NCBI GenBank assembly: GCA_016191015.1
Contig: JACPPM010000200.1
Location: forward strand, 21,954 to 85,953
Reading direction: 5' to 3'
Length of the DNA: 64,000 bases
From: Acidobacteriota bacterium
GTDB taxonomy: Bacteria > Acidobacteriota > CAIWXX01
The position numbers and the translations under genes were made by a program. The notes beneath the pieces are model-generated. The model worked only from the letters and a program-made list of their open reading frames with translations. It was not told the origin of the DNA and did no database searches. Below, in pieces: positions 19,671 through 30,768 of this stretch; positions within the stretch are counted from its first letter, which is position 1, and every line of letters starts with the position of its first letter.

Positions 19671-20224
19671 CCTCGTCGCATGACAGCGCCTGCGACGAGA
19701 GGCCGCGTTGCGGCAGCCCCAACGCGGCTGAGGCGCAACCAAAAAGGTTGCGTCTCAGCCGCGCGTGAGAGCGTCCGGCCCGCTTCGCGGGCCTGGAGCG
19801 TGGAGCGTGAGAGCGTTCTTCCGAGCCACTCTGGTAGGTTCGAGGCGACTGCTCCGTTCCTGCATTCCTCTCCTCCTGCTTTCCTTAGAGCGATCGGGAG
19901 GATTCAGCATTGTCAAGAATCTTGCCATTTCGTGTCAACACGCAACTTGTAAGACACTAAGACCGGAAGGGAAACCGCAGATTGCACTGATGACGCAGAT
20001 TCCCCCGGGCGACGATCTCGCCTGACAACATGTTGGAGAGAACCGGCGCTGAGGCGCCTGGAGCCGGCTCCCCAAAACAATCGGATATTCGATGACATTC
20101 GCGAGCGACGTGAGACCGGCTGCCAAGCCCGGCGCAGCCTGGATTGACTCGCGCGGCTGCGGTGTTCCTTGGATCTCAGGCTGCGAATCAGGGCTGTTGA
20201 CAGGGTGACAACCGAGTGCCATAC

Positions 20225-20247
20225 TGGTCAGTGGTCAGACCACTGAC
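20225..20247. promoter_or_regulatory. Perfect 23-bp palindrome, candidate GntR operator
   Basis: ggtcagtggtc-a-gaccactgacc, 24 nt upstream of the GntR start. Has the GT-N-AC architecture typical of GntR/FadR sites. Confidence 0.55.
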
Positions 20248-20270
20248 CAGGAGGAGGGGAATCGTCACCG

Positions 20271-21026
20271 ATGCCGACGATGACGCGACGTTGGGTGCCG
20301 CCTCGCAAGCCATCGGTGCACGCCGAGCAGGCTCTGTTGGGAGCGATCCTGGACGGGACACACCCGCCGGGCTCGACGCTGCCGGGAGAGCGCGATTTGG
20401 CGAAGCGGATCGGCGTCACGCGGCCGACGCTGCGCGAAACCCTGCGCCGACTGGAACGGGACGGTTGGCTTACGGTTCGTCACGGCAAGCCGACACGCGT
20501 GAACGACTTCTGGCGCGAGGGTGGGCTGAATGTGCTGAGCGCCCTGGTGCGACACCCGGAGCATCTGCCTGCCGAGTTCGTTCTGCGCCTTCTCGAAGTC
20601 CGGCTGGTGATGGCACCAGCCTACGCGCGTGCGGCCGTCGAACGCGACCCTCGATCTCTGGTTGCGCATCTCGCGCGGCGGACCGCACTGGATGACCACC
20701 CAGACATGTATCCGGACTACGATTGGAACCTCCACCACATCCTGACGATCGCCAGCGGCAATCCAGTCTATACGCTGATTCTCAACGGATTCGCCGGGTT
20801 TTACCAGGAGATGGCGCGCGCATATTTCGCGATTCCGGCCTCTCGAGCATCGTCACGGCAATTTTATCGCAGACTCCTGGACGCGGCCCGTCGAGCGGAC
20901 GGGGCGGAGGCCGAACGCGTGACGCGGACCGTCATGAGGCACAGCATCGATCTTTGGAAAGCGGCGTCACGATCAAGCCCGCCGGCACGGAGTAAACGAG
21001 GCGCTACCTTAGGAGGGGCACAATGA
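20271..21026 (+). CDS. GntR-family transcriptional regulator (FCD/FadR-type C-domain)
   Basis: Winged-HTH signature LPGERDLAKRIGVTRPTLRETLRRLERDGWL, then an all-helical C-terminal domain. Confidence 0.85.
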   Translation: MPTMTRRWVPPRKPSVHAEQALLGAILDGTHPPGSTLPGERDLAKRIGVTRPTLRETLRRLERDGWLTVRHGKPTRVNDFWREGGLNVLSALVRHPEHLPAEFVLRLLEVRLVMAPAYARAAVERDPRSLVAHLARRTALDDHPDMYPDYDWNLHHILTIASGNPVYTLILNGFAGFYQEMARAYFAIPASRASSRQFYRRLLDAARRADGAEAERVTRTVMRHSIDLWKAASRSSPPARSKRGATLGGAQ

Positions 21027-22627
21027 GAAGATGGAACGGGTGGGGTGAAGAGAGCGTGAGCTATCCGCTGCCTTCCTCGGCGGCACAGTTCCTCGAGACC
21101 GCCCTCGGGCCCGGCTCACCCCCTCGTGACGCGACCTTCGCGAGCGTCGTCGGCACGGTGCCCCGGTCCCGCCTGCCGCAACACGACGTACGCGTCCTCT
21201 CCGATGCGGCGCCGCGCCTGCTCCATGCGAGAGGCCAGAGCCTTCCGGACTGGATCGCCTTGCGCACCGGACGGGTCGGTTCCTTGCCCGATGGCGTGGC
21301 GAATCCAGAGACGCCGGCCGATGTCCGTGGCCTCATCCGTTTCGCTCACGACGCGGGGGCGCACATCATCCCGTACGGTGGGGGAACGAGCGTCGTCGGT
21401 CACATCAGTCCGCAGCCCGGCGATGCTCCCGTTCTCACGATCGACATGGGCCGCCTGAGCCGTCTGCAGGAGCTCGATCAGAAGAGCCATCTGGCGGTCT
21501 TCGGGGCCGGAGTATACGGACCGGATCTGGAAGCGCAGCTCCGGGCCCTCGGCTTCACACTCGGCCATTTCCCGCAGTCATTCGAGTTCTCGACATTGGG
21601 CGGATGGATTGCGACGCGATCAAGCGGCCAGCAGTCCATGGGATACGGGAGGATCGAACGGCTGTTCGCGGGCGGGAAGCTGGAGTCGCCCACCGGTCCG
21701 CTCGATCTCCCCGCCTTCCCGGCCTCGGCGGCCGGCCCGGATCTCCGCGAGATCGTTCTGGGATCCGAAGGCCGCCTCGGGGTCATCACGGAAGCGACGG
21801 TGCGAGTGCGACCGCTGCCAGAGCGCGAGGACTTCCACGCCCTGTTCCTCCCGGACTGGGAATCCGCCCAGGCGGCCGCTCGAGAAATCGCCCAATCGGC
21901 CGTGCCGCTGTCGATGCTGCGAATCAGCACGCCAGTCGAGACGAGGACATCACTGCTTCTTGCAGGGCGTCCGCGCCTTATCGGCGCACTCGAACGGCTC
22001 CTTGCGGCTCGCGGAGCCGGCGAGGCGAAATGCATGCTGCTCCTCGGCCTGACCGGCCGGGAGTCGATCGTGAGTGCCGCGAGGCGAGAAGTTCTGGCCA
22101 TGTCGCGCCATCACGGGGGCATCCACGTGGGGAGGGCCTTCGGACGGCATTGGCAGAAGAACCGTTTCCGAGCTCCGTATCTGCGCAATTCGCTCTGGGA
22201 AGCAGGCTACGCTGTCGACACGCTGGAAACCGCCACCTCGTGGGCCAACGTGCCGGTCATAGTGAGCAGCATCGAAGCCGGGCTGGCCGAGGCGATCGCT
22301 CAGTGCAACGAAAAGGCCCACATCTTCACCCATCTTTCGCACAGCTACCCACACGGGTCGAGCGTCTACACAACATACATATTCCGGCTTGCCCCCGACC
22401 CCGACGAGACACTCGAGAGATGGCGCCGGCTCAAGTCAGCGGCCAGTGCAGCCATCGTCGCGTGCGGCGGGACGATCAGTCACCAACATGGAGTCGGCAT
22501 CGACCACGCCCCGTACCTCCACCACGAAAAAGGCGTCCTCGGGATGCAGGCCCTCGCCCGGATCTGCAGCTGTTTCGATCCCGATGGACTGATGAACCCG
22601 GGCAAGCTCGTCGGTCCATCCGCCTGA
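21023..22627 (+). CDS. FAD-linked oxidase (alkyl-DHAP-synthase/GlcD-like)
   Basis: N-terminal RWNGWG motif and an FAD_binding_4-type region (IIPYGGGTSVVG). Start overlaps the GntR stop by 4 nt. Confidence 0.75.
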   Translation: MRRWNGWGEESVSYPLPSSAAQFLETALGPGSPPRDATFASVVGTVPRSRLPQHDVRVLSDAAPRLLHARGQSLPDWIALRTGRVGSLPDGVANPETPADVRGLIRFAHDAGAHIIPYGGGTSVVGHISPQPGDAPVLTIDMGRLSRLQELDQKSHLAVFGAGVYGPDLEAQLRALGFTLGHFPQSFEFSTLGGWIATRSSGQQSMGYGRIERLFAGGKLESPTGPLDLPAFPASAAGPDLREIVLGSEGRLGVITEATVRVRPLPEREDFHALFLPDWESAQAAAREIAQSAVPLSMLRISTPVETRTSLLLAGRPRLIGALERLLAARGAGEAKCMLLLGLTGRESIVSAARREVLAMSRHHGGIHVGRAFGRHWQKNRFRAPYLRNSLWEAGYAVDTLETATSWANVPVIVSSIEAGLAEAIAQCNEKAHIFTHLSHSYPHGSSVYTTYIFRLAPDPDETLERWRRLKSAASAAIVACGGTISHQHGVGIDHAPYLHHEKGVLGMQALARICSCFDPDGLMNPGKLVGPSA

Positions 22628-22636
22628 GGAGGGGAC

Positions 22637-24250
22637 ATGGAGAGCTGGAGGGACGGGATCTGGAGACAGCTCGCACAGCCGTGGGACATGATCGTGGTCG
22701 GTGGTGGGATCACCGGAGCCGGCGTGCTTCGCGAGGCCACTCGGGCCGGTCTGCGGGTCCTGCTCCTCGAGCAGCGCGATTTCGCCTGGGGGACCTCCAG
22801 CCGATCTTCGAAGCTGGTCCACGGCGGGCTGCGCTACCTCAAAGAGGGGAAGATCGCGCTGACCCGTGCATCGGTCCGCGAGCGCGAACGGCTGATCGGC
22901 GAAGCCCCCGGCCTGATCGACCCCCTCGGATTCCTGCTGCCCACCTATGAGGGGGACCATCCGGGACGCTGGACCTACCGCGCGGGATTGACCGTCTACG
23001 ATCTGCTGGCGCTGCACTGGAGCCACCAGCATTACAACGTCGCTGATTTCCAGATGCTCCTGCCACGCCTATCGCCAGACGGCCTCGAGGGCGGGTTCCG
23101 GTACGGCGATGCGCAGACCGACGATGCGCGCCTCGTCCTGCGCGTCATCCACGAAGCCGTGGCCGCCGGTGGCACGGCCCTGAACTACGCAGCCGTCGAA
23201 GATCTACTACGCGAAGCCGGGAAAGTTGCGGGCGTCCGGATCCGCGACACCGTGGCGGACAAATCGATCGTGCTGCGGGCACCCGTCGTCGTGAACGCCA
23301 CGGGGGCCTGGGCCGATCGCCTCACCGGGGAGAACAAGCTGCCCGGGAAGATCCGCCCCCTTCGCGGCAGCCACCTCATCTTCCCCTTTTGGCGCCTCCG
23401 CGTACCCCAGGCGGTGAGCTTCCTCCATCCGATCGACAGACGGCCGGTCTTCGTCTTTCCGTGGGAGGGCGTGACGGTGGTCGGCACGACCGATGTCGAT
23501 CACGATCGCCCGCTGGATGAGGAACCACGGATCAGCGCGGAGGAATGCGCGTATCTGATGGCGGCAGTCGAGGCGCGATTCCCATCCCTGGCGATCACGC
23601 TCGACGACGTGCAGGCGAGTTTCGCCGGAGTGCGGCCCGTGGTGAGCAGCGGTGAGACCGATCCGTCGAAGGAATCGCGAGACCACGTCGTCATCGAGGA
23701 CCAGGGACTCGTCACCGTGACCGGCGGCAAGCTCACGACCTTTCGCCTCATCGCACTCGATGCGATCAACGCAGTGCGTCATTCTCTTCCGTCCGTCCGG
23801 AAGCTCGATGACCGCACGCCCGTTCTGGACCCGGTCGACCAGGAGCTGCCAGGATGTGCCCATCTGAGCGATTCAGTGCGTCGTCGCCTTCTGGGACGAC
23901 ATGGGAAGGACGCCGCGCGCCTGGTCGGATGCGCCTCCAGAGATGAGCTGAAGCCGCTTCCCGGGACGCTGGCACTCTGGGCCGAGCTTCGCTGGGCCGC
24001 GCGATCCGAATGGGTCGTGCACCTGGAGGATCTGTTGCTGCGCCGGGTGCGATTGGGCCTGCTGCTGCGGCAGGCAGGTCGGGAGGTGATGCCTGAGATC
24101 CGCGCGATCTGCCAGCCGGAGCTCCTCTGGGATGACGCGAGATGGGAGTCCGAGGAGGCAGCGTACGTCGATTTGTGTCGGACGAGGTACAGCCTCCCCG
24201 ATCGGGCCTCGATCCCGGACTGGAAGGAGATGCTCCGTGGCTCGCGATGA
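22637..24250 (+). CDS. glpD: FAD-dependent glycerol-3-phosphate dehydrogenase
   Basis: Dinucleotide-binding DMIVVGGGITGAGV plus a GlpD family-specific region (SSRSSKLVHGGLRYL). Confidence 0.85.
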   Translation: MESWRDGIWRQLAQPWDMIVVGGGITGAGVLREATRAGLRVLLLEQRDFAWGTSSRSSKLVHGGLRYLKEGKIALTRASVRERERLIGEAPGLIDPLGFLLPTYEGDHPGRWTYRAGLTVYDLLALHWSHQHYNVADFQMLLPRLSPDGLEGGFRYGDAQTDDARLVLRVIHEAVAAGGTALNYAAVEDLLREAGKVAGVRIRDTVADKSIVLRAPVVVNATGAWADRLTGENKLPGKIRPLRGSHLIFPFWRLRVPQAVSFLHPIDRRPVFVFPWEGVTVVGTTDVDHDRPLDEEPRISAEECAYLMAAVEARFPSLAITLDDVQASFAGVRPVVSSGETDPSKESRDHVVIEDQGLVTVTGGKLTTFRLIALDAINAVRHSLPSVRKLDDRTPVLDPVDQELPGCAHLSDSVRRRLLGRHGKDAARLVGCASRDELKPLPGTLALWAELRWAARSEWVVHLEDLLLRRVRLGLLLRQAGREVMPEIRAICQPELLWDDARWESEEAAYVDLCRTRYSLPDRASIPDWKEMLRGSR

Positions 24251-24335
24251 ATGAGCGCCTCATCGCAGTCACCCCGGCCCGCATCTATCGGCCTTCCAAA
24301 CTGTTGTAGACTGGGCGCGCGGTGGAGGCGATCCG

Positions 24336-25904
24336 ATGAGTGCAGATCATCTCTTGGCGATCGACTGCGGGACGCAGAGCGTTCGCGCGCTGCTGTTCGA
24401 TCTGAGGGGGAATCTTGTTTGCAAGGCACGGGTGCCGATCGAGCCGTACTACTCTCAGAAGCCCGGATGGGCCGAGCAGAGGCCGGAGTACTACTGGGAG
24501 TCACTCAGTCAGGCCTGCCAGAAGCTGTGGCTGAGCTCGCCGGTCCCCAAGGAGGCAGTGGCAGGGGTGGCGCTCACGACCCAGCGCGCGACCATGATCT
24601 GCGTCGATCGCGACGGGCGGCCGCTGCGCCCGGCCATCGTCTGGCTCGACCAGCGGCGCACAACAGGGCTCGACCCCGTGGGTGGGCTCTGGGGTCTCGC
24701 CTTCAAGCTTGCCCGCGCCTCCGAGACCGTGGCCTACTTCCAGGCGGAGGCGGAAGCCAATTGGATTCGCACTCATCAGCCTGATCTCTGGGCTCGGACG
24801 CACAAGTACCTCTTCCTCTCGGGCTACCTGACCAGGATGCTCACCGGCCGATACGTCGATTCCGTTGCGTGCCAGGTGGGCTACGTGCCTTTCGACTACA
24901 AGCATCTTGGATGGGCAGGCCGGCGTGACTGGAAGTGGCAGGCGGTCGCCGTGGATTCGGACCGGCTCCCGCAGCTTGTCCCGCCGGCCGGTCTCCTGGG
25001 CGAGGTGACTCGAGAGGCAGCCGAATTTACCGGCATACCCGCGGGGCTGCCCGTTGTTGCCGCGGCGGCCGACAAGGCGTGCGAGGTGATCGGGGCCGGA
25101 TGTCTCGAGCCTCACGTCGCCTGCTTGAGCTACGGCACGACAGCCACGATCAATACGACGCATAGGAAATACGTGGAGCCGATCCCGCTGATTCCGCCGT
25201 ACCCCGCAGCCGTGCCGGGCGCGTACAGCCTCGAGATCCAGATCTACCGCGGGTACTGGATGGTGAGTTGGTTCAAGCAGGAGTTCGGGCATCGCGAGAT
25301 GCGGATCGCGGAGGAGCGAGGGGTCGAGCCGGAGACGCTCTTCGATGAGCTCGTGAACCAGGTTCCGCCGGGTTCCATGGGGCTCGTCCTGCAGCCCTAC
25401 TGGTCGCCGGGCGTGAAGGTGCCAGGCCCCGAGGCGAAGGGGGCGGTGATCGGGTTCGGCGATGTTCACACGAGGGCGCATCTCTACCGTGCGATTCTCG
25501 AAGGGCTGGCATATGCGCTGCGGGAGGGTCGGGAGCGGACCGAGAAACGCAGCGGGGTGCCGATTGTCGAGCTGCGTGTGGCAGGGGGTGGCTCGCAGAG
25601 CGACGCTGCGTTGCAGATCACCGCCGATATCTTCGGTCTGCCTGCGGCCCGGCCTCACACGTACGAGGCCAGTGGTCTGGGTGCCTCCATCGACATCGCT
25701 GTCGGCCTGAAGCTGCAACCGGATTTCCGGACCGCCGTGGGTGAGATGACGCGTATTGGACGTGTGTTTGAGCCGAACCCGAGCACCTCGGCCGTGTATG
25801 ATCAGCTCTACCGCCTCGTCTACAAGAAAATGTACGCACGCCTCCAGCCGCTCTACGAACAGATCCGCCGGATCACCGGCTATCCGGCCATACCCTCGGC
25901 CTGA
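24336..25904 (+). CDS. FGGY-family carbohydrate kinase
   Basis: N-terminal [16 protein letters not shown], a C-terminal FGGY domain ([12 protein letters not shown]), and a good ribosome-binding site. Confidence 0.85.
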   Translation: MSADHLLAIDCGTQSVRALLFDLRGNLVCKARVPIEPYYSQKPGWAEQRPEYYWESLSQACQKLWLSSPVPKEAVAGVALTTQRATMICVDRDGRPLRPAIVWLDQRRTTGLDPVGGLWGLAFKLARASETVAYFQAEAEANWIRTHQPDLWARTHKYLFLSGYLTRMLTGRYVDSVACQVGYVPFDYKHLGWAGRRDWKWQAVAVDSDRLPQLVPPAGLLGEVTREAAEFTGIPAGLPVVAAAADKACEVIGAGCLEPHVACLSYGTTATINTTHRKYVEPIPLIPPYPAAVPGAYSLEIQIYRGYWMVSWFKQEFGHREMRIAEERGVEPETLFDELVNQVPPGSMGLVLQPYWSPGVKVPGPEAKGAVIGFGDVHTRAHLYRAILEGLAYALREGRERTEKRSGVPIVELRVAGGGSQSDAALQITADIFGLPAARPHTYEASGLGASIDIAVGLKLQPDFRTAVGEMTRIGRVFEPNPSTSAVYDQLYRLVYKKMYARLQPLYEQIRRITGYPAIPSA

Positions 25905-26063
25905 GGCGAAGAGGTCTCTCCGGCCCCCGACTCCGCGGAGGTGTGACGCAGCCCCTTACCCGACATTTATGTGCCAGGCATCACTGATTTTTTCGAGGAA
26001 ACTGCCGATATCATAGACAGATGGCGAAAAGGGAAATGATGACACAGACGAGGAAATGGGAAA

Positions 26064-26795
26064 ATGCGAAACCACTCGGTAGCACTCCTCTTCCTCGCCC
26101 TCTTCGCGTCATCGACTGAAGCCGCGCGTCATCCGGACGAATCGAAGATCGGGGAGCGCGACATCAATCGCGGCATCTACGGCTTTCCCAATTTCTACAA
26201 CACCGAAGAGGAACGCTCGACCGGTGCGGACATCGACCAGGTCCTCCAACGGTCCAACACGATCGTGGTGGGGGCAACCTTCCTGCCGCGTCTCCAGGAG
26301 ATCGCAGAAAGAATCGTGGCCAGCAGCGACTACCATGGCACGCTGGTGATTCGCGTCACTCTCGGGATCGACCGCAATGCGTTCGCGGTGATGGGAGGGT
26401 ACGTCTTCATCGATACTTCGATTGTGGCACTGGCCGATTCCGACGACGAGATCGCCGCGGTCCTCGCCCACGAAGTCGCTCACCTCGCGGCCCGCCACGG
26501 TGCTGAGCTGCTCTCGTACCAGCGCTTCCTGCAGAGTCGGCTCCCGAACCGCCAGGCCGTTACTGATGCCGTCCTCGACCGCGCCCACGATAGCGAGTTT
26601 GAGGCGGATGAGCTGGCGGTCCAGTATTTGCGCAGAGCGGCCTATCGGCCGGAGGCCCTGGCTTCGGTTCTCGTCAAAATCGCCCCCGCCCGGCAGCGAT
26701 CCGGTGATGGCACTCATACAGCGCACTTCGGGCAGAACAAGGACATTGAGGCTCGGGTCAGGCAGATTCGCAAGGCGCTCGATTCCACCAAATAG
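26064..26795 (+). CDS. M48-family zinc metallopeptidase (secreted)
   Basis: Signal peptide and an HEVAHLAARH (HExxH) motif. Confidence 0.75.
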   Translation: MRNHSVALLFLALFASSTEAARHPDESKIGERDINRGIYGFPNFYNTEEERSTGADIDQVLQRSNTIVVGATFLPRLQEIAERIVASSDYHGTLVIRVTLGIDRNAFAVMGGYVFIDTSIVALADSDDEIAAVLAHEVAHLAARHGAELLSYQRFLQSRLPNRQAVTDAVLDRAHDSEFEADELAVQYLRRAAYRPEALASVLVKIAPARQRSGDGTHTAHFGQNKDIEARVRQIRKALDSTK

Positions 26796-27129
26796 GGCGC
26801 TCGGGTGCCGGGAATCCTCCGTCCGAGCGCAGAGACACGGAGGGCGCGGAGAAGCACGGAGAGGGCTCCTCAACCGCCAGTGCGAAGACCAAAAAGCACG
26901 AGGTGTTTCACTTCTCGGAGAAGAGCCCGGGAACCCCTCACGAGACTTCTCTCCGTGTCTGCGCGGTGAACGGTAACGATCTCAAATCGCCTCACGTTTT
27001 CCTCCACACGCGAGAACGATTCTCGCGGCCTCTTGAACGCCGGGGTGAGCTATGACGCGAGGCCCTGATCTGGTAGACTGGCCGCCAGGACCGACACATC
27101 CCGTCGAGGTGGTTGCCGTGGGGAACCCC

Positions 27130-29139
27130 ATGAAATTCCGGACAAAGCTCGCGATTTGGATGAGCGGCGTCCTTATCTGCATCTCCGCGGCGACCGTCAT
27201 GGTCTTCTTCAGCCGCGCCCATCACGAGCAGCGGGAAAGCCTCCGGAACAGGCTGATCGGGATTGCCACCACTGGCGCGATGATGGTCGATAGCTCAAAG
27301 CTGGACCGCCTCCGCACCGCCATGGACGAAATGCGGCCCGAGTACGCGGAGGTCAAGGCAACCCTCCGCACGATCATGAACAGCTCGGGGGTGCGCGGGA
27401 TCTATACAATGCGCCGAGGGGCGGCACCCGACGTCTATGAGTTCATCGTGGATCCACAGGAGGACGTGGACCGCAACAACAATGGCGTCCTCGAGCCCAG
27501 CGAGCGGTACCCGCGGATCGGTGAGCGATACTCGACTGAACGATATCCGGAGATGCAGAAGGCCTTTGAGGCTCCCACGGCGGACCGCGAGATCAGCAGC
27601 GACCGATGGGGCACATGGCTCAGCGGTTACGCGCCCATCTACGATTCCGGCCATCAGCCGATAGCGATTCTGGGCGTGGATATGGCCGCCGACGACGTGA
27701 AGAAGGAGGAGCGCACGCTCGAGGTGATGGCCGTCGCCACCATCGCTCTGGCCGCGTTCCTCTCAATCGCGTCGAGCTTCTTCCTGGCGCACCGTCTCAC
27801 GCGACCCCTGGGCCAACTGAGCCACGCCCTGGCTGAGGTCGCCCGAGGGAACCTGCAGACCAAACTGCCGCGCAAGGGAGCAGACGAATTCGCGCAGCTT
27901 GCGCTCTCCTTCAACGACATGTCTGCCGCTCTCGTTCAGGCACGGGACGAAATCGATGCGCAACAACGGCTGCTCGAACAGCGAATCGCCGAGAAGACCG
28001 ATGAGCTGGCGAGAACTCGGGAAGCGGCCATCGAGTCCGAGAAACTGGCCGCCCTCGGCACCTTCGCCGGAGGCATCGCCCATGAGTTCAACAACATCAT
28101 CTGCGCGGTCCGCGGCCAGGTGGACCTCGCCGCGATGGCCCCAACCCCCGAGCGGATCCGTCAGGCGGCCGAGACGGTCTCCGCGTGTGCGGAGAGATCA
28201 CGCAGAATCACAGATGCCCTGCAAACATTCTCACGGCGCGGGCCACTCCGCGTCTTTCCGACCGATATCCAAAAAGCCGTCGAAACCGCGCTGGACCTCT
28301 TCAAACACGATCTCAATACCCTCAATATTACCGTCTTCAGAAAATTCTCGGACGTCGACACGATCGGGGCTGAGCCGGAACGCCTCGTGCAGGCATTCGG
28401 CAGCGTCATCGGCAACGCTCGGGAGGCCATGCGCGGGAAAGGCGGTAGGCTGACTGTCATCATCCGGCCCATCGACCAGGATATCGAGATTTCGTTCCGC
28501 GATACGGGGCCGGGGATCAGACTCGACAGCCTGCCACACCTTTTCGAACCCTTCTTCACGACCAAGGGGCCGCTCGGATCCGATCTGACCACGGGGACGG
28601 GCCTGGGGCTCGCCGTGGCGCAGGGAGTCGTGAAGAACCACGGGGGGGCAATCACCGCGGAGAACAACGACGAGGGCGGTGCGACGATCAGGATCCGGCT
28701 GCCGGTGAGACCTTGGCCTGGAAAAGGGACTCGCCCCACGCTCAAACGCCGGCCTCTCCTGGCAAAAAGAAAGCTGCTGGTTGTCGACGACGAACCGGAC
28801 ATTCTCTCGGCAGTCCGCGATATCCTCCTCATGCGCGGCTGGGAGGTAACTACGGCCTCGAGCGGCGACGAGGCGCTCGAGCTGGCCGCACGGTCGGAGT
28901 TCCCGCTTTTCCTGGTCGACATCGCGATCCCCGGCATCAGTGGGATTGACCTCATTCGCCGACTGCGTGAGATGAATGAGGATGCTGTGTTTGTCGTGAT
29001 CTCGGGCTTCGCGCTCGATCAGCTCGCGGCGCGGTTTACCAACGACGAGGTCGCCGCATTTGTCTCGAAGCCATTCCGCGTGGCCGAGTTGATCGCCACC
29101 CTGGACTCCATGGCCACTCCCCCCGAGGCCTCCTCCTGA
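27130..29139 (+). CDS. Hybrid sensor histidine kinase with periplasmic sensor domain and C-terminal receiver
   Basis: TM, periplasmic domain, TM, HAMP. H-box HEFNNIICAVRG. G-box DTGPGI...FEPFFTTK. Receiver LLVVDDEPDIL...LVDIAIPGISG. Confidence 0.85.
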   Translation: MKFRTKLAIWMSGVLICISAATVMVFFSRAHHEQRESLRNRLIGIATTGAMMVDSSKLDRLRTAMDEMRPEYAEVKATLRTIMNSSGVRGIYTMRRGAAPDVYEFIVDPQEDVDRNNNGVLEPSERYPRIGERYSTERYPEMQKAFEAPTADREISSDRWGTWLSGYAPIYDSGHQPIAILGVDMAADDVKKEERTLEVMAVATIALAAFLSIASSFFLAHRLTRPLGQLSHALAEVARGNLQTKLPRKGADEFAQLALSFNDMSAALVQARDEIDAQQRLLEQRIAEKTDELARTREAAIESEKLAALGTFAGGIAHEFNNIICAVRGQVDLAAMAPTPERIRQAAETVSACAERSRRITDALQTFSRRGPLRVFPTDIQKAVETALDLFKHDLNTLNITVFRKFSDVDTIGAEPERLVQAFGSVIGNAREAMRGKGGRLTVIIRPIDQDIEISFRDTGPGIRLDSLPHLFEPFFTTKGPLGSDLTTGTGLGLAVAQGVVKNHGGAITAENNDEGGATIRIRLPVRPWPGKGTRPTLKRRPLLAKRKLLVVDDEPDILSAVRDILLMRGWEVTTASSGDEALELAARSEFPLFLVDIAIPGISGIDLIRRLREMNEDAVFVVISGFALDQLAARFTNDEVAAFVSKPFRVAELIATLDSMATPPEASS

Positions 29140-29284
29140 GAGGTCCGTTCAAACGGCCGTTGACCAAGGCCGCGAGGCAGATGAGCCCTCGTTCGTGGAT
29201 CTGCGCGGATTCCCCACGCTTGCGCCTTCCCCGCGTTGGGGTAGACTGGACCAGGTGGCCTGTAACGACGTGGTGACAGAGAGC

Positions 29285-30586
29285 ATGGGAGCCGTGGTTC
29301 TCCCGAGACGGGAGCACGGCATCTCCCGATCGCGCATCGATCCCGACGCGCTCAAGGTGCTCTACCGCCTCCACAACAGCGGCTTCAAGGCCTATCTCGT
29401 CGGCGGCAGCGTGCGGGACCTGCTCCTGGGCAAAGTCCCAAGAGACTTCGACATCGGGACCGACGCGCATCCGAACCAGGTCCGGCGGCTATTTCGGAAC
29501 TGCCGGGTCATCGGGCGGAGGTTCCGCCTCGCACACATCTTGTTCGCGGGTGGCAAGATCGTCGAAGTGGCCACATTCAGGCGGCTCGCCGATCCATCCG
29601 AAGATCTCACGCCCGATCAGAAGATCAACTTCAACACCTTCGGGACCCCGGCCGAAGATGCCCGCCGCCGCGATCTCACAATCAATGGCCTCTTTTACGA
29701 TATCGCGACCTTCTCGGTCATCGACTATGTCGGCGGGCTTCAGGATTTGAAGCACCGTGTCATCCGAACGATCAAGGGGCCGGCCGCGAGCTTCCAGGAG
29801 GACCCGGTGAGGATCATCCGCGTGATCCGGCACGCGGCGCGGAATGATTTTCGCGTCGAGCCGGTGACGTGGCGTGAGGTGATGGCGAGGCAGAGCAGCG
29901 TCATGGGATGTTCCATGGATCGGGTGCGCGAGGAGTTTTATAAAGACCTGAAAAGCGGAAGTCTCGCCGCCGTGCTGGAGCTCTTCCACGCCTCCGGGTT
30001 TCTGTACAGCCTCTTCCCCGAATTTGAAATGCCCGGCCGCGGGCGATTTGCCGACAGGATCGATTTTCTGCACCGCCTGATGGAGGCCGCGTCGACCATC
30101 GATCGACAGTGTGAGGGAGGTGCGACCGCGCCTGATGTGGACCTGCTTCTAGCGCAGCTCTTCTTGCCCTATTTCAGCCTGCACGCCTGGCGGGCCCACC
30201 CCCGGGCGGAGCAGTCTCTGGTCACGTATCTGCTCGAGCGCATGGATACTTTGCTCGAGCCTGTCTTCCAGCGCATCAAGATTCCTGGAGACACCCGGAA
30301 GCGAATCCGAAGCAGGATCCTCCTCTGCGAGCGAATCCGCCAGGCGATCCACAGCCTGGGTTCCATTCCGGCTCCTCTTCGGGCGAGGCCGTTCTTCGAA
30401 GAGGGGCTTGCCCTCTATCGGGCCGATCTCGAGCGCAGGGGCGAGGCGTTCAGAGAGGAGCTGTTGGCGGGCGAAACAGAAGGGAAACAGGAGCATCCCA
30501 GGAAACGACGGCGCCGGTTCCACCGAGGCCGCGGAAGGGGCGCCCCTGTGCCCTCAGCCGCCCGCCCGCCACGAAACGCGGGTTGA
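29285..30586 (+). CDS. pcnB: Poly(A) polymerase I (NTase/CCA-adding family)
   Basis: NTase motif [22 protein letters not shown] and the PcnB-specific FRLAHILF...VATFRR region. An alternative GTG start at 29195 is possible. Confidence 0.8.
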   Translation: MGAVVLPRREHGISRSRIDPDALKVLYRLHNSGFKAYLVGGSVRDLLLGKVPRDFDIGTDAHPNQVRRLFRNCRVIGRRFRLAHILFAGGKIVEVATFRRLADPSEDLTPDQKINFNTFGTPAEDARRRDLTINGLFYDIATFSVIDYVGGLQDLKHRVIRTIKGPAASFQEDPVRIIRVIRHAARNDFRVEPVTWREVMARQSSVMGCSMDRVREEFYKDLKSGSLAAVLELFHASGFLYSLFPEFEMPGRGRFADRIDFLHRLMEAASTIDRQCEGGATAPDVDLLLAQLFLPYFSLHAWRAHPRAEQSLVTYLLERMDTLLEPVFQRIKIPGDTRKRIRSRILLCERIRQAIHSLGSIPAPLRARPFFEEGLALYRADLERRGEAFREELLAGETEGKQEHPRKRRRRFHRGRGRGAPVPSAARPPRNAG

Positions 30587-30624
30587 CACCCTTTCAATCG
30601 CTATGCTATTTTGCCCTCCTCTAC

Positions 30625-30701
30625 GCGCCCGTAGCTCAGTTGGATAGAGCGACTGACTACGAATCAGTAGGTCGGGGGTTCGAGCCCCTCCGGGCGCTCC
30701 A
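30625..30701 (+). tRNA. tRNA-Arg (anticodon ACG)
   Basis: Manual cloverleaf fold. Acceptor stem GCGCCCG/CGGGCGC, D-arm GCTC..GAGC, anticodon stem ACTGA/TCAGT with loop CTACGAA, T-loop TTCGAGC, 3' CCA. Confidence 0.9.
30653..30701 (+). repeat. attL: 49-bp direct repeat, the 3' half of tRNA-Arg
   Basis: ctgactacgaatcagtaggtcgggggttcgagcccctccgggcgctcca is repeated at 54382-54430 with 3 mismatches. Confidence 0.85.
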
Positions 30702-30747
30702 TTCCCCTCAATAACTTAGCGGTCTCAGCGGGACGGCGAGATTTCTC

Positions 30748-30768
30748 GGGTACCACCCGGGTACCACC
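30748..30768 (+). promoter_or_regulatory. Tandem GGGTACCACC arm-type repeat, left end of element
   Basis: gggtaccacc-c-gggtaccacc, 47 bp inside attL. The same tandem sits near attR. A 15-bp palindrome tgacgcactgcgtca follows at 30789-30803. Confidence 0.6.

Noticed and set aside
29195-29284. Upstream GTG start for pcnB.
   Set aside because: Not excluded. Homology to PcnB begins near the ATG at 29285, so the shorter form is reported.
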